IMG/VR virus record: IMGVR_UViG_2061766007_002278
Strand: one strand, 5' to 3'
Origin: an uncultured virus (IMG/VR IMGVR_UViG_2061766007_002278)
Taxonomy: Duplodnaviria > Heunggongvirae > Uroviricota > Caudoviricetes
DNA length: 64,000 nucleotides
Of the stretch, positions 11,087-20,797 are shown piece by piece (the stretch's first letter is position 1; each line of letters begins with the position of its first letter). The notes beneath the pieces are model-generated. The model searched no databases and was not told where the DNA came from. It was given only the letters and a program-made list of their open reading frames with translations. The position numbers and the translations under genes were made by a program.

Positions 11087-11518
11087 ATGGCTAATAAAGT
11101 GTATAAAAGTCCACTTGATTTAGGAAACGAATTATTAAAAACCTATGACCAAGATTTATTGAATCAACACTATGCTAATTTTATAGATAATATGGCTTAT
11201 AAATCTATTAGTGAAATCCCAGCAATTCAAAAGCAAAAGTTTGTTTTTGATTATCCAGACAGTTTAGAAGAAATCAACGACGCACTAAAAACTAGAGGAG
11301 ACTATTTCGATGACATCGATTTAGGCGATGGCTATGTATTGACTCCTTATAGAAACAAAGTCTATGGCAATGGCCAAGATTACAATGTCGAGTTTGATAT
11401 TATTAATGGCGACGATATCGTTGACACTCTTGGTGTTTATGGTCGCAAGTTTGATGAAGACTATCAAAATCAATTACAAGAAATTATAAGAAACCACAAG
11501 AATACAAGGAGACAATAA
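11087..11518 (+). CDS. KxP-tagged hypothetical protein
   Basis: MANKVYKSPLDLGNELL. RBS AGGAGG. Confidence 0.7.
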   Translation: MANKVYKSPLDLGNELLKTYDQDLLNQHYANFIDNMAYKSISEIPAIQKQKFVFDYPDSLEEINDALKTRGDYFDDIDLGDGYVLTPYRNKVYGNGQDYNVEFDIINGDDIVDTLGVYGRKFDEDYQNQLQEIIRNHKNTRRQ

Positions 11519-11519
11519 T

Positions 11520-11939
11520 ATGCCTGTTTATAAAACCCCTTTGGCGCAAGCCGAGGCAATAAGCGAAGTCCCACCATACGATAAAAAAGCCCTTGTTAAG
11601 TTCTTAAAAAACTATGGCTCTGGTTTTGAAGATGATGCCTACGAACAATGGGCTAATAAAAAAGGAAGGGAACTTAAAAAGACCCCTTTAAACCCAGCTT
11701 TCATTGGCACAGCTTATCACAAGCAATGGTATGGAGCAGATCGTGATTACACCTATAAAGACCAATATTCAAACGATGATGAATGGTTAGAAGAATCATG
11801 GCCATACTACGCAGACTATATTTACGACCAAGCGAGCGATTATTTCGATATCGATGGCGACTACGAAAGGTCGTGGGGTCCTGTTGATACTTACGAAAAA
11901 TATAAACAATATTTAGATTCAAAGAAGGAGGGCAAATAG
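11520..11939 (+). CDS. KxP-tagged hypothetical protein
   Basis: MPVYKTPLAQAEAIS. Confidence 0.7.
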   Translation: MPVYKTPLAQAEAISEVPPYDKKALVKFLKNYGSGFEDDAYEQWANKKGRELKKTPLNPAFIGTAYHKQWYGADRDYTYKDQYSNDDEWLEESWPYYADYIYDQASDYFDIDGDYERSWGPVDTYEKYKQYLDSKKEGK

Positions 11940-11940
11940 T

Positions 11941-12483
11941 ATGGCAATCTTTAAAGACCCACGTGTATTGGCCCAAAACCTAACCGAAAAGCCAGGAAGG
12001 ACTCCTTTCTTTTATGACCAAAGAAAAAGAAACTTGTTTGACTCCGTGTTAGATGAGTTCGATTTTGGCGATTCTACCTACGACAAATCAAGGGAAGGCG
12101 CGCTTGCAAAATTAAAGGGCCTTTATATCGATGCTCCTTTGAACGATGAACAAGCCAACGATTTAATTGACACCTATATAACTAAAAAATCCCATTACAA
12201 CGCAAACGAATCAGAGGGAAGACTACCAAGAAAAGTCGGCAAATTTGAAACCGGCGAAAATTGGGAGAAATCCCAAGCTAGAGCGCAAGAACTATTAAAA
12301 AAATATCCAAACGCTCAAGGCATTATTTATGGCCTTCGTTTCGATAATGAACAACCTCGTGGCAAAAGCGGACTTAAAAATCCGATCATTGCCTACGATG
12401 ATGATTTAGAAAATATCGCTCGTGCTTTACAAAACGGCAAAGAAAAATCAAGATTCCAATTTGACACTCTATATAACAATTAG
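11941..12483 (+). CDS. KxP-tagged hypothetical protein
   Basis: MAIFKDPRVLAQNLT. Confidence 0.7.
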   Translation: MAIFKDPRVLAQNLTEKPGRTPFFYDQRKRNLFDSVLDEFDFGDSTYDKSREGALAKLKGLYIDAPLNDEQANDLIDTYITKKSHYNANESEGRLPRKVGKFETGENWEKSQARAQELLKKYPNAQGIIYGLRFDNEQPRGKSGLKNPIIAYDDDLENIARALQNGKEKSRFQFDTLYNN

Positions 12484-12494
12484 GAGGAATGACT

Positions 12495-12908
12495 ATGGCT
12501 ACATTTAAAAACCCATTAGACCAAGCCGATGCCATTTTAAGGCAAGCTAGAAAAGACACCCTTAATAAAAGAATCAACCAAAAAGGCAATTACGAGAACT
12601 TTATTACAGGTGGCTCTAAATCGCTCGATAACCAATCTCGATTTTGGGATTCAAACGACCTTGTAAAAGGTATGACAAGTCCAGGCAATGGATGGGAAAG
12701 TGATGAATGGACTCATCAATTAAATCCACGTTATTCCAATCCACAACACGAAGAAAAAAAGGCCTTCCATCGTTATACCCCATCCACAAGACGTGGCCGT
12801 AGAGCGAGCGACATCGCTTTTCAAAGGGCAAGAAATGGCGAGATTAGTAACTCAAGCGCGTGGGAATTGGCCCAAGATTTAGTCGATAAATACGAAGGGA
12901 GAAAGTAA
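12495..12908 (+). CDS. KxP-tagged hypothetical protein
   Basis: MATFKNPLDQADAILRQ (start could also be 12489). Confidence 0.7.
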   Translation: MATFKNPLDQADAILRQARKDTLNKRINQKGNYENFITGGSKSLDNQSRFWDSNDLVKGMTSPGNGWESDEWTHQLNPRYSNPQHEEKKAFHRYTPSTRRGRRASDIAFQRARNGEISNSSAWELAQDLVDKYEGRK

Positions 12909-12909
12909 G

Positions 12910-13242
12910 ATGGCCCAAAAAGTATTTAAAAGCCCTTTAGACCAAGCGAACGCAATCAACCCAGAAACTACCCGATCAAAGTGGAATCGCTATCTTAAAA
13001 ATGGCTTTAGTGGTAGAGCAATCGATAAGTATAATAAACTTATCCAAGAAATCGAAAGCGAACTCCCGTTTGCTAATGAAATCGAACATCAAAAATGGCT
13101 TGACCTTGGCTCTAATTGGAATGGCGAAGAAGAATGGCCAAACCTCACTGAAGAACTATTGAAAAGGCAAGAAAGCCCGAGTCCATTTAGTGAAATAAAA
13201 TACAATGGCAGAACATACAAAAGAGGAGAAGATTATAAATAA
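12910..13242 (+). CDS. KxP-tagged hypothetical protein
   Basis: MAQKVFKSPLDQANAIN. Confidence 0.7.
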   Translation: MAQKVFKSPLDQANAINPETTRSKWNRYLKNGFSGRAIDKYNKLIQEIESELPFANEIEHQKWLDLGSNWNGEEEWPNLTEELLKRQESPSPFSEIKYNGRTYKRGEDYK

Positions 13243-13647
13243 ATGCCTATTTACAAATCTCCGCTCAACCTAGCAAACGCGCTTGTTAACCAACACAAGC
13301 GTTTTAACTTTAGCAAGGATGAGCTAGATTCTATCTTAAGGCACGCGAAATATAATGGACTTATGGCCAATTATAAACTCGAAGACATAGATATCGACCA
13401 AGTGGCTCAAGATAACGACCTCGATAACGATACTTCAATGGCGGAGCGTAGACCTCAATGGTGGGGTGACGATATTAATAAATACAGTATCAAACCCGAT
13501 CAACTAAAATATAGCATGATAACCGACCCAATTCGTATCAAGCCAACAAGCGATGGGAAGTTACGCATTGCCGACGGCCACCATAGACTCAAGGCCCTCA
13601 AAAATATGGGATACACCCAAATTCCCGCGTTTGTTTTGAAAGGATAG
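13243..13647 (+). CDS. KxP-tagged ParB/Srx-like domain protein
   Basis: MPIYKSPLNLANALV. PIRI...IADGHHRLKALK motif. Confidence 0.7.
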   Translation: MPIYKSPLNLANALVNQHKRFNFSKDELDSILRHAKYNGLMANYKLEDIDIDQVAQDNDLDNDTSMAERRPQWWGDDINKYSIKPDQLKYSMITDPIRIKPTSDGKLRIADGHHRLKALKNMGYTQIPAFVLKG

Positions 13648-13653
13648 GTATTT

Positions 13654-14277
13654 ATGGCTACTATATATAAATCGCCCCTTGCGTTGGCTAAAAGCGAACT
13701 ATACCCCAAGCCCACGTTCGATGATAATTTCTATCGTGAGTCCTTTAAGGATGGCTACAAGCTGAAAGGCAACGAGGCAAGATTAGGCAAAGGCCGCTTA
13801 AACTACCTCATCGAAAGCGAAGGTGTGTGGAACGACAACCTTGATTACGCGAAGGCTTACTTGGGTTATATAAATCCAAAGGACTTTATTAGTGCGACCC
13901 TTGGTGGCGACGATTCCATTATTGCGGAGGAACTAAAAAACCAACCAAAGTTAGACCTTAATAGAATAAATAACGAAAGACAGACTCCCTTTTTAGAGGT
14001 AGACTTTGACAACAATAAAGTCGTAGGCCACGAGGGAAGGCATAGACTCCAAAGTTTCATTAATTCCGGTATAGAAAGGCTCCCGATTGTTTTCGTAGAT
14101 CGGAGTCCAAGTTTCAAAAAGAACAACGCGCAAAAAAAGAAATTTAATGGAACGCTAAAAGGCCAATTTTACGATGATGATATGGTTGGGCGCGATATAG
14201 CCTACCAGGGCGACCTTATTCCCCTCAACTATAAAAATATCGAGGACTTATATAAGACCTTTGGCAGCGAAGATTAG
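13654..14277 (+). CDS. KxP-tagged ParB-like domain protein
   Basis: MATIYKSPLALAKSEL. PFLEV...VVGHEGRHRL motif. Confidence 0.6.
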   Translation: MATIYKSPLALAKSELYPKPTFDDNFYRESFKDGYKLKGNEARLGKGRLNYLIESEGVWNDNLDYAKAYLGYINPKDFISATLGGDDSIIAEELKNQPKLDLNRINNERQTPFLEVDFDNNKVVGHEGRHRLQSFINSGIERLPIVFVDRSPSFKKNNAQKKKFNGTLKGQFYDDDMVGRDIAYQGDLIPLNYKNIEDLYKTFGSED

Positions 14278-14300
14278 ACCCCTAAAAAGGGCCTTTTTTT
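14277..14300 (+). terminator. Rho-independent terminator ending the tagged-gene array
   Basis: gaccc-ctaaaaa-gggcc followed by a T-tract. Confidence 0.55.
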
Positions 14301-14369
14301 CTTTTTCGTTGTGTAAAAGTGGCGATTGTGTAAAAATAATATTAGTTAAATATATAAGGAGATTACGAA

Positions 14370-16031
14370 ATGGCACAAAAAGACAATTATGTTGCAAATG
14401 TAGTCAATGAAGAAAAGGTCAGCCAAACACCAAGCGTTCTCGTGGGCAAAGCACCTCAAGAACCGGTCAAGACAATCCTTGTCGGAGAAATTATCGATAA
14501 TAATTTAGAACGCGATGAAATCAAAGGCAAAATATATGGTCCACTTTCTCCAAACCCAGCCCACAGTGGTTTTGATAAGCAATTCTTCGTTGATTCCTTG
14601 CCTGAATATCCAGATCAAGAAGATTTAAACGCTTTATTTATCATCACACAATTTAAAGACAACAAAGTGATCGGCTACGAACAATGGGCTTTTGATGTTG
14701 ATACCAATAAATGGCGCAAGGTTTATGGTTCCGATCCAAACCTTAAAATTACCAAAGCCCCAGCGAAACAAGCCCCACAAGGCGCGAATCCGCCAAAGCA
14801 AGCCTTCGCTCAAATTTTCAATGGCAACGTGGCCATCAATAATGGCAAACTTTACATTAATGGCAAAGAGGCAGGACAAGGTGGTGGCGGTGACTCTGGA
14901 AACCATCCAAATATTTATCAAGTAGAAGACCCAGAAAACATCCCAAGCGAAATCCTAGACCAATTAAAAGTGGGCGACATTGTGACATTCGCAAACCCAG
15001 AAACAAACGAAGGGGAAGTTAGTGCTGTTGTATGCAGTGATAACTCAAGCGACAGTATCATCGAAATTAAAGCGTTCACTGATTATGCTAATGTTTTTGT
15101 ATATTGGTATGCGTATGGTGATAGTTGGGAATTTACAGGAAGAGGAAGTTATCGAATTCCACAAATACTCTCTTGTGAGGATATTGTTGATTTAGACTCT
15201 GATTTTGTTGCAGATTTAGACACAGATACGATTGTTTCAGACAACGTAGGCAAACTTTGGTTCCTTGCTTTTGATGATGAGGATAGTGGAACATTCCTTT
15301 ACAACATTGGAGTAGAAAAAATTACCTATGTCCACTATGCTTGGGATGAAGACGAAGGTGTATATACATTTGACACTTCCTATGGTGTAGATGGTTATAA
15401 TGTGATTTCGTTAGGTGGTGGAGGCAGCTCTGGCGGTGGAACACAACTTTATGCCCACTATGTATACCTATACAGTGGATGGGACGATACAGATAGACCT
15501 AATCCAGGTGAATGGTCTTTTAATGACCAAAGTTATACCATTGTAGTCATAGACAATGACCCAAGCGACATTCTTACCTCTGAAAGATTATTTAAATCTC
15601 TTTCATGCGGAGCAACTTATGATGTTAACGGATATACATATCGAGCCGAGTTCCCAATGGCTTTGTCTGCTTTAATGTATTGGAACTATGACGAAGGTCA
15701 ATACATATATAGATTCCTAGGAGCGGGATATGGCTCCGAATCAAAGGTTTTGTTTTTCAATCAAAGATTTGATAGTTACGATTCAAACAACAAAGTAAAG
15801 TTTCAAAACGCATTATTCGATATTGAAACCAATTCTAATCCAGATGAAGTAGTTGTTACATCTATGGTGGAAGGAAGTTTACAAAATCAAGTAACAACTG
15901 CTACTTTAAAAATCAATCCAGGTTTAGAAGCTGACCCAGATTCAGCAGGATACGATACAGTTATTGGACACTATGGAAAAATGACTATTCCACTAGACGA
16001 GTTTGATTATGGTTCACAAAACAACAATTAA
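14370..16031 (+). CDS. Putative virion fibre/decoration protein, N-terminus homologous to the DGR target
   Basis: LSPNPAHSGFDKQ matches LSPNPAGFGFTKQ in 51647..53554. Gly-rich linkers and acidic beta-rich domains. Confidence 0.55.
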   Translation: MAQKDNYVANVVNEEKVSQTPSVLVGKAPQEPVKTILVGEIIDNNLERDEIKGKIYGPLSPNPAHSGFDKQFFVDSLPEYPDQEDLNALFIITQFKDNKVIGYEQWAFDVDTNKWRKVYGSDPNLKITKAPAKQAPQGANPPKQAFAQIFNGNVAINNGKLYINGKEAGQGGGGDSGNHPNIYQVEDPENIPSEILDQLKVGDIVTFANPETNEGEVSAVVCSDNSSDSIIEIKAFTDYANVFVYWYAYGDSWEFTGRGSYRIPQILSCEDIVDLDSDFVADLDTDTIVSDNVGKLWFLAFDDEDSGTFLYNIGVEKITYVHYAWDEDEGVYTFDTSYGVDGYNVISLGGGGSSGGGTQLYAHYVYLYSGWDDTDRPNPGEWSFNDQSYTIVVIDNDPSDILTSERLFKSLSCGATYDVNGYTYRAEFPMALSALMYWNYDEGQYIYRFLGAGYGSESKVLFFNQRFDSYDSNNKVKFQNALFDIETNSNPDEVVVTSMVEGSLQNQVTTATLKINPGLEADPDSAGYDTVIGHYGKMTIPLDEFDYGSQNNN

Positions 16032-16488
16032 ATATTCAAAATCTCCTGCTAAAAACGGAGGTTATATTCTAACTAATGGCGACTTCATCAATTTTAGCGA
16101 GCAAGAAAGTCCTTGCTTTGTCACTCATAGTTATTTTGGACGGGTTTTTCTTCAATCTAGAAAATATAAGTCACTAATTGAAACTGATAACGCCATTGCG
16201 TTCAACGATGCTGTAGTCAAAATGGATGCGTTCAAACAGGAGCGTGCTTACATTGACCTTCCAGCATCAGAGCCAACAAACGAGCAGTATTCTTCTCTTC
16301 TCGATTGGTTATATCACACTTTGTATGTGTCCGAAACGATTGACGTGAAAGAGTTTTTACGCAATAAGATTAAGACTTATACATTCTTGTCATCAAAAAA
16401 TGAAGATGGCTACTTACCAGAAGACATCATAAAAGAAATCAAAAAAATATATAAAGGAGATTTAAACTATGGTCTATGTAGAACCTGA
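16009..16488 (+). CDS. Hypothetical protein
   Basis: ORF filling the gap between neighbours. GGYILTNGDFINFS motif. Confidence 0.55.
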   Translation: MVHKTTIKYSKSPAKNGGYILTNGDFINFSEQESPCFVTHSYFGRVFLQSRKYKSLIETDNAIAFNDAVVKMDAFKQERAYIDLPASEPTNEQYSSLLDWLYHTLYVSETIDVKEFLRNKIKTYTFLSSKNEDGYLPEDIIKEIKKIYKGDLNYGLCRT

Positions 16489-16978
16489 AGTGGTAAACCC
16501 ACCAAAAGAACAATCAGTTCCTCAATTTAACAAGAAAGAAATTATCGCTATCATTAAGGAGGCCCAAGAGGCGGGCATTTTGCCTAGTGGCGGTTCTAGT
16601 GGTGGAGGTGGCCAAGTAGAACCTTTTGTTGTAAATGTTGGCGACTTTGACTTTACTAATTATCTCTCCGAAGAGTATGGATATAAAGTTTTAAACCCCG
16701 ATCTTGTAGATGCTATTAAACAAGGTCGACAATTGAGATTTTCTGATGAGTTTTTCGAGGCATTTAGAACGGCAATCACCAATTCTGCTCCACGTCCACA
16801 AATCAATCTCTTTAACGCATCCGTTCAAGGCGATACAGTATATTACATACTTTTAGATTATTTAATTGAAGATGCCGCTACTATTGTTTTAAAATTAGGT
16901 TTTGAACCAAATCCAGATGATGACAACAATTTGTATCTAATATTAAATTATACAAACCAATTCACTTATTACGATTAA
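16469..16978 (+). CDS. Putative structural protein with N-terminal domain shared with the next gene
   Basis: PEVVN..FNKKEIIAIIKEAQEAG..PSGGS, paralogous to 16991..17605. Confidence 0.6.
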   Translation: MVYVEPEVVNPPKEQSVPQFNKKEIIAIIKEAQEAGILPSGGSSGGGGQVEPFVVNVGDFDFTNYLSEEYGYKVLNPDLVDAIKQGRQLRFSDEFFEAFRTAITNSAPRPQINLFNASVQGDTVYYILLDYLIEDAATIVLKLGFEPNPDDDNNLYLILNYTNQFTYYD

Positions 16979-16990
16979 AGGAGTCCGATC

Positions 16991-17605
16991 ATGGTTACAT
17001 TAGACCCAGAAGTTAACAACGCTCAAAAGAAACAACTCGTCGCTGACTTTAATAAAAACGATATTGTTAAAATTATCAAAGATGCCATTAGCGCGGGTGT
17101 TATTGAAATCCCAAGCGGTGGATCGGAAGTAATCGCTAATCCAACTCTTGCTGGAACGGAAAGTGAACTTGTTGGTATTCAGGTTGACGATACGAAATAT
17201 AAAGTGGGCGAAAAAATCACCACTATTAGTTTTAATCCTACACAAGTCGTATATGACGACGAAAATTATAAAGCAACTTATAAATATGTGGGTGGAACTG
17301 AAGTCGACAATTTAACACGAAGATACAAAGATATTAAAATCACATTATGGTTGCCTTCCGCACAAGTATATTTGACTACAAAGGCTCTAGCATCTGCAAA
17401 AGCCAACAATCAGTCCACTTCGTTTGTTTTGCAACTAGTAGGTGGTCATGTTTTAGATAGTATTGAAATGGATATTGCATCCGTTGGCACGACCCATACC
17501 ATCAACATTACATTCAACTTTTTATCAACAGTATATGACCAAATGAAATTGTTAATACCTTCTTCAGTTCTTGTTTTGCAAGCAACGTTGTATCCTGCAT
17601 TATAG
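16991..17605 (+). CDS. Putative structural protein with N-terminal domain shared with the previous gene
   Basis: PEVNN..FNKNDIVKIIKDAISAG..PSGGS. Confidence 0.6.
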   Translation: MVTLDPEVNNAQKKQLVADFNKNDIVKIIKDAISAGVIEIPSGGSEVIANPTLAGTESELVGIQVDDTKYKVGEKITTISFNPTQVVYDDENYKATYKYVGGTEVDNLTRRYKDIKITLWLPSAQVYLTTKALASAKANNQSTSFVLQLVGGHVLDSIEMDIASVGTTHTINITFNFLSTVYDQMKLLIPSSVLVLQATLYPAL

Positions 17606-17626
17606 TTAAATATAAACCTATTTAAT

Positions 17627-17652
17627 GGCCCACACGTTGGGCCTTTTCTTTT
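17627..17652 (+). terminator. Rho-independent terminator
   Basis: ggccc-acacgtt-gggcc-ttttctttt. Confidence 0.55.
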
Positions 17653-17820
17653 GCCTTGCGTATTTATACCTTTTTTGATTTTTCGAGCCACATTTTGCCT
17701 TTTTTCATTGTTATTATAAAAAAGTATGTTAATATATTTATTAGTTAATAGACAAAAGCGCAGAGCTAGAGTCGAAGATACAAATTAACAAAAAACGAAT
17801 TTTTCAAAAAGGAGTAAAAA

Positions 17821-18408
17821 ATGGCACTTACAGAAAGACTCGAAAGAAAACTCACAAAGATTCTTGCTAAATTGGGCTTAGACGACGACAAAATCGATGA
17901 AATCGTCGACGAAGTATTAGAGGCCACATCAGAGGAAGGCGCACCAGAAGGTGTCAACCCTGAAGAAATCGCCCCTGCACCAATTGAAGAAGAACCAACC
18001 GAAGTGGTCGAAGAAACCACTCCAACCGAAGAGCCACAAGAACTCCCACCAGAATTACCACCGGAAGAAGTAGTCGAAGACCCAGCACCTGGTTCCGTTG
18101 ACGAAGTGGTCAACAATTTCGCGCAAGAAGTCGCACCTCAAGAAGAAGTCGCTCCTACGCCAGATCAACCACTACCAACCCCAATCGCTGACCCTCGTAT
18201 CGACGAATTAGTCGCTCAATTAGAAGAGCAAAAGAAAGCCAACGAAGGCTTGGTGGCGCGTATTACTTCGCTCGAAGATGCGCTTAAAAAGGCTGGTGTT
18301 ATCGAAGGCTCTCCATCTATTGGTGATGAAAGACCAACTCTACCAAATAGCATCAACGACCAAGGCGACATTCTTGGTGACGTATTAAAGCAATTAAACG
18401 GTAGATAA
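17821..18408 (+). CDS. Capsid scaffolding protein (putative)
   Basis: Glu/Pro-rich with a coiled coil, directly upstream of the major capsid gene. Homologue 55370..55984. Confidence 0.65.
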   Translation: MALTERLERKLTKILAKLGLDDDKIDEIVDEVLEATSEEGAPEGVNPEEIAPAPIEEEPTEVVEETTPTEEPQELPPELPPEEVVEDPAPGSVDEVVNNFAQEVAPQEEVAPTPDQPLPTPIADPRIDELVAQLEEQKKANEGLVARITSLEDALKKAGVIEGSPSIGDERPTLPNSINDQGDILGDVLKQLNGR

Positions 18409-18447
18409 ACATTTCAAATCTTAAGAAAGGATAAATAAGAAGAAACT

Positions 18448-20154
18448 ATGGCTTATCAAACAGTCGGTCAAGTTCTCGCCGCATACAATGCCCCATACAT
18501 TAATGGCAATGCCGCGGGATTAGCATTCTCCCCAGCGTTCCTTGTTGGTTTATATCAAGGCCTCGTCGAAAAAGACGGCAAAGGTGTTGATGACAACTTC
18601 GTTACAAGCGCGCTCGCAGAAGAAAACACACAAATTTTAGTTCACAGATTAATTCCTGTGAAATTAAGAGCTAGAGAAATCGGCTCCTCCAAAAATGGTG
18701 CGGCTTATTCCCAACACCAACACTTCACAACTACTGAAACAGTAGGCATCGAAATTACCCAATTACTCGATGAACCAATCAAAATCCCACGTTGGACCAA
18801 AGACCATCTCCCAGTGGACGTTTTGGCAAAATACATCCAATTATTCTCCGATCGTATTGCCACCGTCTTAAATGGCGCGACATTTGCTAGTAAGGTCCTT
18901 GCTACCTATACCGCCAAGGCTGGTGTTGGCAAATACTCCAACCCACAAGAAATCCGTGAAACTGCGTTCGATTTAGTTCACGACACAGACAAGGCAATCC
19001 TCAAAAAGTTCATCCTCGCCAATGGCAAATTAGACCGTGGCGATAGATTACACGACATCGACACCTTCGATAGAAAGACTCGTGTTTGCGTTATCAAGAC
19101 CACCTTTGGCCCAATCCTCAAAGCTGAAGGCATCATCAATTTAGGTGGCGCNNNNNNNNNNTATCCGTGAAACTGCGTTTGATTTAGCAAACGACACAGA
19201 TAAAACAATCCTCAAAAAGTTCATCCTCGCCAATGGCAAATTAGACCGTGGCGATNNNNNNNNNNCTTGAACTCACATCTAGAATTAAGCGTGCATCTTG
19301 GTTTCCCTATAAAAGTGGCAATTTGAAATTCAATGCCACGCAAGGGGCTATGTANNNNNNNNNNAACCTTTGGCCCAATCCTCAAAGCTGAAGGCATCAT
19401 CAATTTAGGTGGCGCAAATGAACTCTACCGTATCATTAAGAACGGTGGTCTCAATGGCGATGGCACAAGAATCGAAGACGATGGTTACGTTGGCGAAATC
19501 GATGGCATCGAAGTTAGAGAAATCGCTGACATCGCTTTAGGCTATGCCTCCACATTCCTTGGTTTCCCAGAAGAAGAATTAATCGAAGGTTCCATCCTCG
19601 GTTACATTGCCTCCTCCTATGCTAACGCTCGTGGTGTCTCCACAAGCAGACAAACCCAAGTCGTGGATGAAGTCGATGGCCAAGGCTCCAGAATTCTCCC
19701 ATACGTCATCTTTGGTGTCGTTTGCTGGTATCAATTAGGCAACTCCTTCTTGGTAGATGGCGACTTCGACGTCTTTAGTGGCTTAAAGACCTTATTCTCA
19801 GGCTCCAATATCACCTATAAACTTAAAGGTGAGGCCTCTCGTTTATTCCCATTATTCACAAGCGCGTTAGATATCACATCCTCAACAACTGCGACATTAA
19901 CCGCTACTGCTTATGACGATTATAACGAAGACCACTTAATTGGTGGCTACTATGTCGAAAGCACAGCACCAATCAAAACCGTTAATGGCTTTGTTGCGGC
20001 CGCCCTTGCGGATTCAGCAAACGCTGGTTCATTCGATGTCGATGGCACAAGCCAAACAATCGGCACTGCCTTAACAAACAAGAATTACCTTAACGTTCTC
20101 GTTATTTCTGACGATGGTTCTTGCTCCTTAATCAGCAAGCAATACAACGCTTAA
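18448..20154 (+). CDS. Major capsid protein (misassembled insert 19152-19364)
   Basis: Position, biased codon use, GYVGEIDGIEVRE motif. Intact homologue 56005..57480. Confidence 0.8.
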
Positions 20155-20242
20155 TAAGTGAGAATAATTAAGACCTTGAATCTATAAAGGCAAAGAGACC
20201 CCTAGTTTATATTTACTAGGCACAACAAAATAAATGTTTATC

Positions 20243-20290
20243 AAAAGGCCACACTTGAAAAAGGGTGGTCTTTTTTAATACAATAAGAAT
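20243..20290 (+). promoter_or_regulatory. Terminator hairpin overlapping a promoter for a probably leaderless mRNA
   Basis: ggccac..gtggtc-tttttt with TTGAAA(20255) in the loop, TACAAT at 20279 and ATG at 20291. Conserved at 57503-57548. Confidence 0.55.
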
Positions 20291-20788
20291 ATGAAGAACT
20301 TAACAATTATAGAAAAGCCTTACAACGACAACAACCTTGTGTTTGACGAAAACACCGGAAGATACGAACTAACCCTCGAATATCTAAAAAACGAAAATGG
20401 TGGCAATGTCTACGCAGACGATGAAACGGCGAAAAGGAGAATTAAATTAAATAGTAGAGTCGTATATAAGTATATTGAGACTCACGTCGCCAACGCTAAT
20501 CGTAGTGTTGTTAGTTTCTTATTACATAAAACTCAAGAAGGGAGAAAATTCCTCTTTAATATCTTAAGCGAGCAACAATTCGCGGATATTGCGACGGGCT
20601 ATAATGACCTTACTTATTCCCCGGCAGTATCTTTTACAGGTCAAGACAAGGATAGAAACGAAATCAAACGCAACGCGCTATGCGTGGCCGCCGAGGACGT
20701 GTTCCAAGCCTCAAGCGAGTATTTTGGCTTGAATATTGGCTATCTTGGGCCATTCCCTTCTTGGGTTTATTTATACTTGAGAAAATAG
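20291..20788 (+). CDS. Head-tail adaptor (putative)
   Basis: Position after the capsid gene. Homologue 57549..58052. Confidence 0.55.
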   Translation: MKNLTIIEKPYNDNNLVFDENTGRYELTLEYLKNENGGNVYADDETAKRRIKLNSRVVYKYIETHVANANRSVVSFLLHKTQEGRKFLFNILSEQQFADIATGYNDLTYSPAVSFTGQDKDRNEIKRNALCVAAEDVFQASSEYFGLNIGYLGPFPSWVYLYLRK

Positions 20789-20797
20789 AGGAACGCT

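Noticed and set aside
16009..16488. YSKSPAK near the N-terminus as another KxP tag
   Set aside because: Lacks the adjacent aromatic-K spacing and the following amphipathic helix, and lies outside the array.
19152..19400. Apparent insertion in the major capsid gene, including a copy of sequence from about 21212-21297
   Set aside because: Bounded by N-gaps. Misplaced contig fragments rather than an intron or mobile element.
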